Source: a virus
Virus record (IMG/VR): IMGVR_UViG_3300042923_001106
Coordinates: 64,001-128,000 of that record
Direction: 5' to 3' (one strand)
DNA length: 64,000 nt
Part shown: positions 1-9,053 of the stretch, one piece after another
Layout of the letters: every line of letters starts with the position of its first letter
Position numbering within the stretch: position 1 is the stretch's first letter
Made by a program: the position numbers and the translations under genes
Notes under the pieces: generated by a model
Database searches by the model: none
What the model was told of the DNA's origin: nothing
Seen by the model: only the letters and a program-made list of their open reading frames with translations

Positions 1-253
1 CTTTAATTTTCGGTTTAACCGCAACAGTATTTTTTCGTTCCATTTTTGCCTCTTTAATCTCTTTCTCATAACGTTTTCTTACTTCGCTATTCCATCTGAA
101 CCCAGCTGCTGCCGAAGTCCTTTCGAGGCGTTCTGCGACCTCCAAAAATGCCTTTAATTGTGTACTGCCATCTCTTATATGTTGAAGTACAGTTTCAGCT
201 AAAAGTAAGTCGTCCTCTAAAGTCCATTGATCTTTTCTTTCCAATTGTTCCAC
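1..253 (-). CDS. rsfA: RsfA-family transcriptional regulator (3' end runs off the window)
   Basis: Manual translation from GTG at 253: [60 protein letters not shown], matching the RsfA N-terminal Myb-like signature. Not in the ORF track. Confidence 0.85.
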   Translation of the reverse strand, partial: MEQLERKDQWTLEDDLLLAETVLQHIRDGSTQLKAFLEVAERLERTSAAAGFRWNSEVRKRYEKEIKEAKMERKNTVAVKPKIK

Positions 254-340
254 CTCAACTTTTAAGTTATTGTTATCCAGTATATTCATTTATGTGAACT
301 ATATTCATTGGGACAAAATGTAGTTGACAAAATTTAAAAT

Positions 341-354
341 AGAACAAATGTTCT
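341..354. promoter_or_regulatory. LexA/DinR (SOS) box between rsfA and mazF
   Basis: AGAAC-AAAT-GTTCT matches the Firmicutes GAAC-N4-GTTC box; lies between TTGACA (324-329) and TGnTATAAT (359-367). Confidence 0.75.
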
Positions 355-439
355 ATTGTGTTATAATCATTTACACTATATAATAGGTACATGGATATAA
401 ATAAATGATAATAATACTATTATACAAGGAGTCGATATT

Positions 440-853
440 ATGGCGGTTGCAATGATGGAAAGAGCATCAATTAATATTCATCAAACTAACTTTACTGCAC
501 CAAAAACAATCCATAGAGGCGATATCTATTTTGCGGATTTAGGCGATGGAAGAGGATCAATTCAAGGAGGAGTTCGGCCAGTACTTATTATTCAAAATGA
601 TATTGGAAATCGATTCAGCCCTACCGTTATCATCGCGCCTATTACAGCTCAAATTCAAAAAGCGAAGCTGCCGACTCATGTAGTGCTATCGGCAATAAAG
701 TATGGACTCGAAAGAGATTCTGTTGTACTGTTTGAGCAAATACAGACAATAAATAAGTCCGAACTTGGTGATAAGATTGCGCATATCAGTAGCCGAGACA
801 TGAAGGAGATCATTCAAAGTGCAATGCAGATTAGTATTGGTTTGGTCCACTAA
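440..853 (+). CDS. mazF: MazF/PemK-family endoribonuclease (EndoA-like), no adjacent antitoxin
   Basis: RGDIYFADL...QGGVRPVLIIQNDIGNRFSPTVIIAPITAQIQKAKLPTHV closely follows B. subtilis EndoA; catalytic Arg (RP) and Thr (IT) retained. Confidence 0.95.
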   Translation: MAVAMMERASINIHQTNFTAPKTIHRGDIYFADLGDGRGSIQGGVRPVLIIQNDIGNRFSPTVIIAPITAQIQKAKLPTHVVLSAIKYGLERDSVVLFEQIQTINKSELGDKIAHISSRDMKEIIQSAMQISIGLVH

Positions 854-887
854 TAAAAAGGGATTGATCTGATATGTCGAGGATAAC

Positions 888-922
888 TTAGCCTGATTGG
901 TGTATGACACTGGTCAGGCTAA
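888..922. other. Stem-loop downstream of mazF
   Basis: TTAGCCTGA...TCAGGCTAA inverted repeat; no clear U-tract. Confidence 0.5.
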
Positions 923-946
923 AATTATAAAACAGGAAATTTATAG

Positions 947-975
947 TTGACTTAAATAAAATAAAAGTATATAAT
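947..975 (+). promoter_or_regulatory. SigA-type promoter at the head of the accessory gene array
   Basis: TTGACT-17 bp-TATAAT. Confidence 0.8.
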
Positions 976-1030
976 AAAATTAATCAAAATCATATTACAT
1001 AAGATCAAATGAAACTATTATTTTTATTGG

Positions 1031-1258
1031 GTGGTGAAGAAGATGAACACAATAATTGAACTTAAGAATGTGTGGATCAATAAGTCATCAACTAAAGAAG
1101 ATTTTTATTTCTGGAGTGCTCGGTATTTAAGTGGAAAGTACGGTGAGGATTATCAGAAAGCAGCGAGAGAAATTGGTGAAATGATTGTAGAACTTCAACT
1201 TACTCGAATCCAATCAAACAAGATTTGGGCAAAAGCGAAGGCGATGCATTCAAGATGA
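1031..1258 (+). CDS. Hypothetical phage protein
   Basis: ORF downstream of promoter; stop lies inside a junction motif. Confidence 0.6.
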   Translation: MVKKMNTIIELKNVWINKSSTKEDFYFWSARYLSGKYGEDYQKAAREIGEMIVELQLTRIQSNKIWAKAKAMHSR

Positions 1259-1289
1259 AATAATCCTTTCAATTGGGAGATGATGAAAC

Positions 1290-1481
1290 ATGGCAAAGAA
1301 ACCGAAATGCAAAGTGTGTGATCGTGAAATTGACACTAGAAAATACTCGCATTATAAATTCGGCCATGACTTCGTGTGTTATGTTGAAGCCACAGAGGAT
1401 TGCGTTGTTCAATACACTGGACAACATTTCAGAGAAAAGGGCGATGGATCTGGTCGTTTGAGTGGTGATGATTATGAGTAG
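1290..1481 (+). CDS. Small CxxC-containing hypothetical protein
   Basis: RBS GGGAG; CKVC...C...C motif. Confidence 0.55.
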   Translation: MAKKPKCKVCDREIDTRKYSHYKFGHDFVCYVEATEDCVVQYTGQHFREKGDGSGRLSGDDYE

Positions 1482-1803
1482 GATAACAATCAAGGAATAT
1501 AGAGCGTCCAAAGGCGGAGATTACGATTGTTATAAGTTATCTAACGGTCAAAAGTATTGGTTATGGCTAAAGGCTCCCTTTAGAGGTGGGGATGCGGCAC
1601 TTGTACATATAGTTACGGACGACGACAAAGAGGTTGGGACTGTGTTCCTAGAGAAAAACATCAGCAGCGTGAGGATGGGCTTTGAGGGAACAGGTAAATT
1701 AATTGAGGTTCCGATAACAGTAATGCAAGATGTTAGGCCGAATAAGAAGTATTACTTTGATAAGATTGTAAGAAACCTATTAATAAAGGAGATGAATCAT
1801 TGA
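1462..1803 (+). CDS. Hypothetical protein
   Basis: ORF overlapping both neighbours (coupled); true start may be ATG 1474. Confidence 0.6.
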   Translation: MVMIMSRITIKEYRASKGGDYDCYKLSNGQKYWLWLKAPFRGGDAALVHIVTDDDKEVGTVFLEKNISSVRMGFEGTGKLIEVPITVMQDVRPNKKYYFDKIVRNLLIKEMNH

Positions 1804-2225
1804 GCACACTTGAACAAGCAATAATCGTCGCTGCCGATGGGCATCAAGGTCAATATGATAAAGCCGGACTACCGTACATATTCCATCCATTACGAGTAAT
1901 GATGGCTTTAACCACCGAAGAAGAACAGATCGTTGGGGTATTGCACGATGTTCTAGAAGATACGGTTATTACAGAAGATAGGTTAAGGTACTTCGGATTT
2001 TCTGAATTGATTATCGAGGCTGTGAAAAGCGTGACAAGACGTGAAGGAGAAAGTTATTCAGTATTTATTCGTCGGTGTAAGGAAAATGAAATCGGTGTAA
2101 AAGTTAAGATCGTGGATCTGAAGGATAATATGAACATCTCTAGGATTCCCAATCCGTCTCAAGAAGACTTCAGACGGATTGAAAAATACAAAAAGGCACT
2201 AGCAATATTGCTTGACGAAGAATGA
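1800..2225 (+). CDS. HD-domain small alarmone ((p)ppGpp) hydrolase-like protein
   Basis: AADGHQGQYDKAGLPYIFHPLRV, LHDVLEDT and VKIVDLKDN are RelA/SpoT/Mesh1 hydrolase motifs; no synthetase domain. Confidence 0.85.
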   Translation: MSTLEQAIIVAADGHQGQYDKAGLPYIFHPLRVMMALTTEEEQIVGVLHDVLEDTVITEDRLRYFGFSELIIEAVKSVTRREGESYSVFIRRCKENEIGVKVKIVDLKDNMNISRIPNPSQEDFRRIEKYKKALAILLDEE

Positions 2226-2551
2226 AACGAATCTTTTATTGAGAGAGGATGAATAAAAAAAAATGAAACTGAAATTCGTGCAAACTCCACATAATTCCAT
2301 TCGGGTATGGATGCTATTCGATGAGGATCATAAAGATGTAATGATAAAATCGAGAGAATTTAACTTTTTCCAATTCATCTGAATATGGGGTGGATTTGAC
2401 AAAGTGGAAAGAGACATGTTTTCGTGGGAATTACCATTGTCGATAAAAGATTATATCAAGAAAAAATTCGCCCATTACCCAGATTGCCAAATCAATATAT
2501 TGTGATTAATATAAAAATGTGAGTTCAATTGAGAATGGGTGAGCTGGACGA

Positions 2552-2965
2552 ATGAACGCTAAGGGGTATCGTCACACGTTGGATGATTTAATTAAGGCAG
2601 AAGTTAAAAAAAGAAAACAAAACATCGTTAGCAATGCTTCTGTGCAAGGAGTTATGCAGGATTTGGCTGATTACTGCAAAATAACAACTGATGCAATTTA
2701 TAATTATAGAAAACATAAAGCCATTCCTCTATTAGCTATAGCTTACAGAATGGCTGAGTATTTTGGAGTAACTGTTTTGGAATTGTACCAAATCGAAAAT
2801 TACGAAACAGCTTTAGGCAAAAGAAATGAACAGGGAATAGGTAGAGGGAGGAAAAAAGAAGATTATAATAAGAATTGCAGAGAATGTGGTGAAATTGGTT
2901 ATGCGAAAGGCTTTTGTTTGAAGCACTATCAACAGCACAGAAGATTCAAATTAAATAAATTATGA
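2552..2965 (+). CDS. XRE-like HTH protein with C-terminal Cys/His motif
   Basis: DLADYCKITTDAIYNY...IAYRMAEYFGVTVLELY HTH pattern; CRECG...KGFCLKHY tail. Confidence 0.65.
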   Translation: MNAKGYRHTLDDLIKAEVKKRKQNIVSNASVQGVMQDLADYCKITTDAIYNYRKHKAIPLLAIAYRMAEYFGVTVLELYQIENYETALGKRNEQGIGRGRKKEDYNKNCRECGEIGYAKGFCLKHYQQHRRFKLNKL

Positions 2966-2971
2966 TTCAAG

Positions 2972-3241
2972 TTGCGTCTATTATCAAAAATGCTAACAGA
3001 AGACGAACTAAATAAAATGAATATTTTAATGGGAGATGAAAAAATGACAAAGCAAAATTATACACTGAAAAACGGTAAGTCAATAACTGTAGGTACTCAA
3101 AACTTCATAAATGGAACTATTCCAGTAATTATCAATGGGAATATGAAAATGAATCATACTATGGTTCAGGATTCAAATGGAGACCTAGGATTTTGGTGTG
3201 ACGGTGAGTTTGTATATTTTAGAGATTTAAGCAGTCAATGA
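2972..3241 (+). CDS. Hypothetical protein
   Basis: ORF ending in a junction motif; true start probably ATG 3043 after GGAG. Confidence 0.5.
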   Translation: MRLLSKMLTEDELNKMNILMGDEKMTKQNYTLKNGKSITVGTQNFINGTIPVIINGNMKMNHTMVQDSNGDLGFWCDGEFVYFRDLSSQ

Positions 3242-3278
3242 ATGGATTCTTTTATAATCCAAGTGGAGGAGATATAGA

Positions 3279-3539
3279 ATGTCTGAGAAAAACCCTTTAA
3301 TTAGTCTATATGGCGATGATGCATTTAACTTAGTTTTAATAGAAGTGAAAGAGTTAGCAGTAAATTCAAATATTCCATTCGATAAAAAGTATGTTGATTT
3401 AGGAATATCATTCTTGATGATGAAGGCTAAGGATGCAATTGAAGGAAAGAGGAAGCGAGGTAGTTTACGCCAGTTAGTATGCGAAAGTTTCGGAGAAGCT
3501 GCTATGTTCAAATACAATGTTAATGATGGAGTATTATAA
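3279..3539 (+). CDS. Hypothetical protein
   Basis: Strong RBS GGAGGAG; flanked by junction motifs. Confidence 0.65.
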   Translation: MSEKNPLISLYGDDAFNLVLIEVKELAVNSNIPFDKKYVDLGISFLMMKAKDAIEGKRKRGSLRQLVCESFGEAAMFKYNVNDGVL

Positions 3540-3764
3540 GAGCAAATGAAAGAAGTATTTTAAGAGGTGATGAAACGAAAAATGAAAAACGTAAAAGAAA
3601 TGAATCCTGCTGAACTTATTGATGAATTAGAGACACTTACATTGAAACGATGGAATGCAAACTACACAGAAGGCTATAGACTTGATAATCGGTTAAGAGA
3701 ACTTAGAATTGAAATGATGGAGAGAATGAAATAAGTCATTTATTTGGAAAGGTGAGTTATAAAT

Positions 3765-4157
3765 ATGAATGTTTACAAAAGCCTTGGAGAAATTGTGAGT
3801 GATTATAATGCGGGTGTCTACAAGAGTACGCTGCCTTATCCTACCGGCAGATTTAGAGAGGATCATGTCTTTGATGAAGACCAATCAATAAAATGGAATA
3901 AAGATGAGGTTGTAAGAAGAAATAGCGAATACGACCAGAAAAGAAATGAGTACCGTGCTGATAACAATAGATTAGATAAGTTACTCAAAGATGATGTAAC
4001 TTACAACTTGATTTATGATTTTGACTTGAATCAAGAACAGGCCGAATATACTTATGACATTGCATATACTGAAAAGCATTCTAGTATGACTGACGTATTC
4101 TATTATGCGGTTGAATTAGCAGAGTATTTTGTGAAAATGAAAGTACTTGAAAGATGA
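3765..4157 (+). CDS. Hypothetical phage protein
   Basis: RBS AAGGTG; acidic composition typical of the array. Confidence 0.65.
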   Translation: MNVYKSLGEIVSDYNAGVYKSTLPYPTGRFREDHVFDEDQSIKWNKDEVVRRNSEYDQKRNEYRADNNRLDKLLKDDVTYNLIYDFDLNQEQAEYTYDIAYTEKHSSMTDVFYYAVELAEYFVKMKVLER

Positions 4158-4473
4158 TAAAAGAGCGATTTTAATGGGAGGTGTGTTAGAGGATACGGAT
4201 TGCCCGATTGATTTTGATTATAACAGATGCTCTTCAAAGGACTTCGGTTTGCAGTGTGATACATGTGTTCATGCTCCAGAGTTTCAAATTTATCAGCACG
4301 GTCTAATGTGGGTTGTATCAGACGATAAATACATTGCAACCGGCAAGACAAGAGATGGAGCAATTGACAACTTCATTGAACTATTAAATAAAGAGTATGC
4401 TCGGTTGAAGCAAAAGGTCGATCAGGATATTCAAGAATCAAGAACGAAGCATCGGAAACTATGGAATTACTGA
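4147..4473 (+). CDS. Hypothetical protein
   Basis: ORF followed by a junction motif; start uncertain (GGGAGGTG RBS inside the ORF). Confidence 0.55.
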   Translation: MKDDKRAILMGGVLEDTDCPIDFDYNRCSSKDFGLQCDTCVHAPEFQIYQHGLMWVVSDDKYIATGKTRDGAIDNFIELLNKEYARLKQKVDQDIQESRTKHRKLWNY

Positions 4474-4521
4474 GCAAATGAAAAAGCAATTTTATTTAAT
4501 AAAACTATTCAATATAAATTA

Positions 4522-4839
4522 ATGAATAAAGAGGTGCGCTGCATGACAATTATTCGTAAACGATTTATTGAACGAGACTATCTTTTTAAAAAGATCATGC
4601 TGAATAGCGAAGCAATTACGGAATCCATGGCCAATGAATTGTTGGACGACATGAAATGCCCATTTGCTGATTATACTTTTTATTTCATTCCCATTGGAGC
4701 AGGATGGAGAACGGAAATCAAAGATAACGATTCAGGAATGCTTGTGTCAGTAGCAAATATAACAGGATTTGCAAATGATTTTTATATTAAACAACTAATC
4801 GAACTTACAAAGAACAAACTCCAACAACAAATTGCGTGA
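4522..4839 (+). CDS. Hypothetical protein
   Basis: ORF; RBS GAGGTG suggests ATG 4543. Confidence 0.55.
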   Translation: MNKEVRCMTIIRKRFIERDYLFKKIMLNSEAITESMANELLDDMKCPFADYTFYFIPIGAGWRTEIKDNDSGMLVSVANITGFANDFYIKQLIELTKNKLQQQIA

Positions 4840-5033
4840 GGTGGATGTGTATGAGTATAGTTGACTTCGCAAAGAACATTTTAAAGGTTCCTCTGAATTT
4901 CTACCAAGTAGAACTTCTTGAATTGCTGCAGATCAGCGGAGATAGTGCCTTTTACTCTTCGCGTCCACGCACACACGGCATGCTACTGATCCATGAGATT
5001 TACCAAAAATACAAGAACGCAGATTCAATGTAA
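4836..5033 (+). CDS. Hypothetical protein
   Basis: Coupled ORF with GAGGTG RBS. Confidence 0.5.
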   Translation: MRWMCMSIVDFAKNILKVPLNFYQVELLELLQISGDSAFYSSRPRTHGMLLIHEIYQKYKNADSM

Positions 5034-5051
5034 TCTTCTGATAAGGAGAGG

Positions 5052-5243
5052 TTGGAGTCAGTGAGATGTAATGTATTCAGAAGATTAATGGATAGAATCA
5101 AGAGACAGAAGATACATGCTTCGGTAAATCGTATATGTGAAATTCAATCAGAGGAAATAAACTTGCTGAGGGCTGAGAACCAATTGCTAAAGAGAATGAT
5201 AGCAATGTTGGAGGAGGAAAATAAAAAAAAGAATAAAGACTAA
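5052..5243 (+). CDS. Small coiled-coil protein
   Basis: RBS AAGGAGAGG; heptad-like C-terminus. Confidence 0.5.
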   Translation: MESVRCNVFRRLMDRIKRQKIHASVNRICEIQSEEINLLRAENQLLKRMIAMLEEENKKKNKD

Positions 5244-5282
5244 GGTTACGGTTCATGTGCCAATAGTCCATAAGAGGCTCAG

Positions 5283-5346
5283 GTATACAAAAAGTATACG
5301 AGTATACAGTAGAATACCATTGATTTTATAAGGAGTGAAAGTATAC
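5283..5346. promoter_or_regulatory. Four GTATAC palindromes upstream of the coiled-coil regulator (probable operator array)
   Basis: GTATAC at 5283, 5294, 5302 and 5341. Confidence 0.5.
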
Positions 5347-5350
5347 CTTT

Positions 5351-6181
5351 ATGTCAGATATCCAGAAGCATACGACAATTAAAGTAAACGATGACATTAA
5401 AGATCGAATCAATACTTTGGTCGAAGAGTTGGGTGCCAGTAGTCAAAAAGATGCGATGGATTATTTGTTAGGTTTACATGCAGTCAAAAGAGAAATTGAG
5501 AGCGGTAAAGAAATTCCTCGGATCACTGACATGAAGTATCACTTTGCTCGTATCGAAGGTATTTTCACTGAGTTTGTACTAACATCAAGAGACCGTGAGG
5601 TTTTTGATGCTGAGACCATTAGTATACTGAAACAAACTATAGAAGATCAAAAGATCCAACTGTATGACAAGTCGATTGAGAATAGTAGTCTGAGAGAAAA
5701 TTATGATCAATCTATGCAAGAGTTGACTACTAGGCACGAAAATGAAATATCTGTTTACTCTGCTGAATTTGACAGAGTAAAAGGTGTAAGTGCTCTTGTT
5801 AAAGAAAATACAGCCAAAGAACTTAAACAGATGGAGCAGCTGGTCGAGCAGTATAAGGAGTCAAAAGAGCAAGCTGAGAAGTTAGTCAAGTTAGCACAAG
5901 AAGCAAGCGAAAATGCTCAAAATAAACTTAATGAATATTCAAATAAGGTGAAGGAATATGACTTGCTTCAACAAGTGAATGAGGATCTGAAAAGCAAATT
6001 ATCAGAAATTAAGAATTTGCTTAAAGGAAAAGAGTATGAATGCAAAGAAGCGATATTGGCTACCGAGAGAAAGCGTCTCGAACAGGTTGGTAAATTGCGT
6101 GAAGAGTTAGCGTCTCAAAGAGAAATATATGCTGAACTCAAGATCGAATCGTCTCGGTTAAGAGGAGCACACGATAAATAA
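5351..6181 (+). CDS. Coiled-coil protein with putative N-terminal ribbon-helix-helix DNA-binding domain
   Basis: TTIKVNDDIKDRINTLVEELGASSQKDAMDYLL has an RHH-like pattern, followed by a long E/K/Q-rich helix. Confidence 0.6.
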   Translation: MSDIQKHTTIKVNDDIKDRINTLVEELGASSQKDAMDYLLGLHAVKREIESGKEIPRITDMKYHFARIEGIFTEFVLTSRDREVFDAETISILKQTIEDQKIQLYDKSIENSSLRENYDQSMQELTTRHENEISVYSAEFDRVKGVSALVKENTAKELKQMEQLVEQYKESKEQAEKLVKLAQEASENAQNKLNEYSNKVKEYDLLQQVNEDLKSKLSEIKNLLKGKEYECKEAILATERKRLEQVGKLREELASQREIYAELKIESSRLRGAHDK

Positions 6182-6210
6182 AATAAATAACAGAATGGGA
6201 GTTACTATAA

Positions 6211-6510
6211 ATGAAACTTGAAAAGTACCTTGAGGAAAACCATCCTGATGTGCTTGGTCAATATCGTGCATTTATTAGAAAAGATACACTTCCCAAAATC
6301 GGGGCTACTGTAAAGACCATTCGAGGTGGATTTGGTGACTGGAAGGGTGGACGGCATCTTAGAGTTGTAGGTTATGGATATAAGGGAGAGAAAAGTGGTG
6401 GCGCGTCATGGGGAGATAACTTCATCGTCTTAAGAGGGGATAGTCGGAAGGATGAGTACCTTTCAAGAATGGACGAATGGTGGAATGACTTTGTTATTGT
6501 GAATGAATGA
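6211..6510 (+). CDS. Hypothetical phage protein
   Basis: RBS GGGAG. Confidence 0.6.
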   Translation: MKLEKYLEENHPDVLGQYRAFIRKDTLPKIGATVKTIRGGFGDWKGGRHLRVVGYGYKGEKSGGASWGDNFIVLRGDSRKDEYLSRMDEWWNDFVIVNE

Positions 6511-7004
6511 AATCACTATTTCATCGGAGGAATATGATGGAACAAATTAGCAAATACCACTATAAAACTTACGTAGGTTTCAAAGAGGATAATGGATATA
6601 GAATGAGTTGGAATTCAAGTCATCCAGATCTTGAGCCAACAGAAACATTCAGTTTAGGTTATACAGATGTTTATTGTGTCTATTGTTGTGGTCAAGCGTA
6701 TCCAATTCAAGCAGGACTAAAAGGAGTTGTATACGGCTACACCAAAAACTATGATGTGACCGGTTATACATGTATCTGTGAAGCAGCCGAGAATGAAAAG
6801 TTACAAAGAAAAGAATTGAAGGAGTTACAAGAAAGACATAAAAAAGAAGAATTAGAACTGATGAGAAAGTTTCAACCACTTCTAAAGCAGGATAAACGGA
6901 AACGTCTTGAATTGAAGCATAAACGAGAATTGTATGAGCTTGAAAATGATGAGAAATACGAAAGACAGATGTCGTTGAGAAGTAATGAAGTAGTTAGGAA
7001 ATAA
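6507..7004 (+). CDS. Hypothetical protein with Cys cluster and coiled coil
   Basis: YCVYCC...CIC motif; stop lies inside a junction motif. Confidence 0.6.
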   Translation: MKSLFHRRNMMEQISKYHYKTYVGFKEDNGYRMSWNSSHPDLEPTETFSLGYTDVYCVYCCGQAYPIQAGLKGVVYGYTKNYDVTGYTCICEAAENEKLQRKELKELQERHKKEELELMRKFQPLLKQDKRKRLELKHKRELYELENDEKYERQMSLRSNEVVRK

Positions 7005-7024
7005 AATCGGTATTTTATCGAGAG

Positions 7025-7228
7025 GTGATAATGAAAATGAGTGATGAACAGGTGGCGTCACTATATAAATTTTATGTTAAAGAGACGATACGGTTGCTCA
7101 ACATTAAATGTAGAACCAAAAATAGAAGAATTAAATTTAAACTATTTGCAAGGATTATGAAATTAAAAGATAAATATGATTGGACTTATGATGAGATTTA
7201 TAGACGTAGACTATTACAATTCAAATGA
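7025..7228 (+). CDS. Small basic hypothetical protein
   Basis: Exactly bracketed by junction motifs at 7001 and 7225. Confidence 0.55.
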   Translation: MIMKMSDEQVASLYKFYVKETIRLLNIKCRTKNRRIKFKLFARIMKLKDKYDWTYDEIYRRRLLQFK

Positions 7229-9053
7229 AATTTGTGTTTCATCTTACGATTTAAAATAAAATAAACCAAAGGGAGAACTAGTAAATGGAATTTAAACAAT
7301 TCAAAGAAATGCTGCAAACAAATTTTCAACAAATGTCGAAAGAAGTAACACACTTATTTGAAGTGAACTTGGATAAGGATGAACTCTGGAACTTGTACTT
7401 AGACAGTTTTCCAGATGGAACTAATTTGATTTTCAGAGAACGAAGAGAATATGACTGTTCTTGCTGTAGACAATTTGTAAAAAATATTGGCAATGCGGTT
7501 GTGATCAAGAACAATAAAGTAACGACCATCTGGGATTTCGAGACGGATGATGTTAAATTTCAACCTGTTCTTGATGCGCTATCATCGTTTGTCAAATCTA
7601 AAGTTGTTTCTGACGTATACATTAGCAAATTTAAGAAAATGGGAACAGATAAAAATTTCGAAGAGGTTAACGGTGGTGCAAAGGAATGGCAACATCTTTA
7701 TCTTGAACTACCTGATAAGTATGTAGATAAAAGTTCGCGTTCTGAGGGTGACATTAAGGGAACTTACCGTGACACGAGAAACGTCTTCAAAAGATCCTTA
7801 GATGAAATTACTGAAGAAAGTCTTCTGACCGTGTTGGAACTCATTTCACAAAACTCGCTCTATAAGGGTGAAGAGTGGAAAGCAGCGTTAACAGAGTTCC
7901 ACAAGCATAAAAAAGAATACGATAAACTCCAGACACAACAAGAGAAGTCAAATTATGCTTGGGAGCAATCCGTAAAAGTTGGTGGCGCTATTGGCAGAAT
8001 CCGAAACCATAGCATGGGCACATTGTTGATTAACCTGAGCGAAGGAATGGATCTTGATACAGCCGTCAGGAAGTATGAAGTAATTGTTGCTCCGTCCAAT
8101 TACAAAAGACCGAAAGCAATCTTTACTAAGAAAATGTTGGATGATGCAAAAGAAACATTGCAACAACTTGGATATATGAATTCTCTTAATCGGCGTTTTG
8201 CCACTCTCGACGATATTACAGTGAATAATATCCTTTTCTCCAACAAAGATTCTGCGAAGCGAATTAGCGGCTCCGACGTGTTCGATGAAATGTTGGGCGA
8301 AGTTGCTATTAATCCGAAGAAATTTTCTAAAGTTGAAGAGATCCCGATTGAAGCATTTATCAAAGAAGTGCTGCCGACATCTAAGGAAGTCGAGGTTTTC
8401 CTAGAAAACAAACACTCTAACAACATGGTTTCCTTGATTGCTCCAGAGAATAGGGATGATAAAACTATGTTTAAATGGGGAAACGGTTTTAGTTGGGCAT
8501 ACTCTGGAAACATTACCGACAGTGCAATGAAAGAGCGAGTGAAGTCGGCAGGTGGCAATGTAGAAGGTGTATTGCGGTTCTCGATTCAATGGAATGACGG
8601 AAATTTCAACGGTAATGATTTCGACGCTCACTGTATCGAGCCAAGTGGCAATCAAATTTATTACGGTAGCAAGAAAAACTGGGCCACTACTGGTGAATTG
8701 GATGTAGATATCATTCGTCCCGAAAGAAGCAAGCCAGCAGTTGAAAATATTACATGGACAAATAGAGATAAGATGGCAAAGGGAACTTATAAATTCTTTG
8801 TTCACTGCTACTCTAACAATGGCGGTCGGGATGGATTTAAGGCAGAGATCGAGTTCGGTGGACAAATTTATTCGTTTGAATACAACAAAGAACTTCGTCA
8901 AGGTGAGAAGGTGCATGTTGCAGAAGTTAATTTCGATCAAGATGGGTTTACAGTTAATGAAAAACTGCCTTCCAATGTATCATCTCGCGACATTTGGAAT
9001 GTAAAATCGAATCAATTTGTTCCGGTTTCGGTCGTCATGTATTCGCCTAACTA

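Noticed and set aside
7326-9004. ORFs 7326-7529, 7948-8166, 8100-8558, 8401-8940 and 8741-9004
   Set aside because: Antisense or alternate-frame shadows of the large gene; no RBS. The same applies to most other minus-strand track ORFs overlapping + genes.
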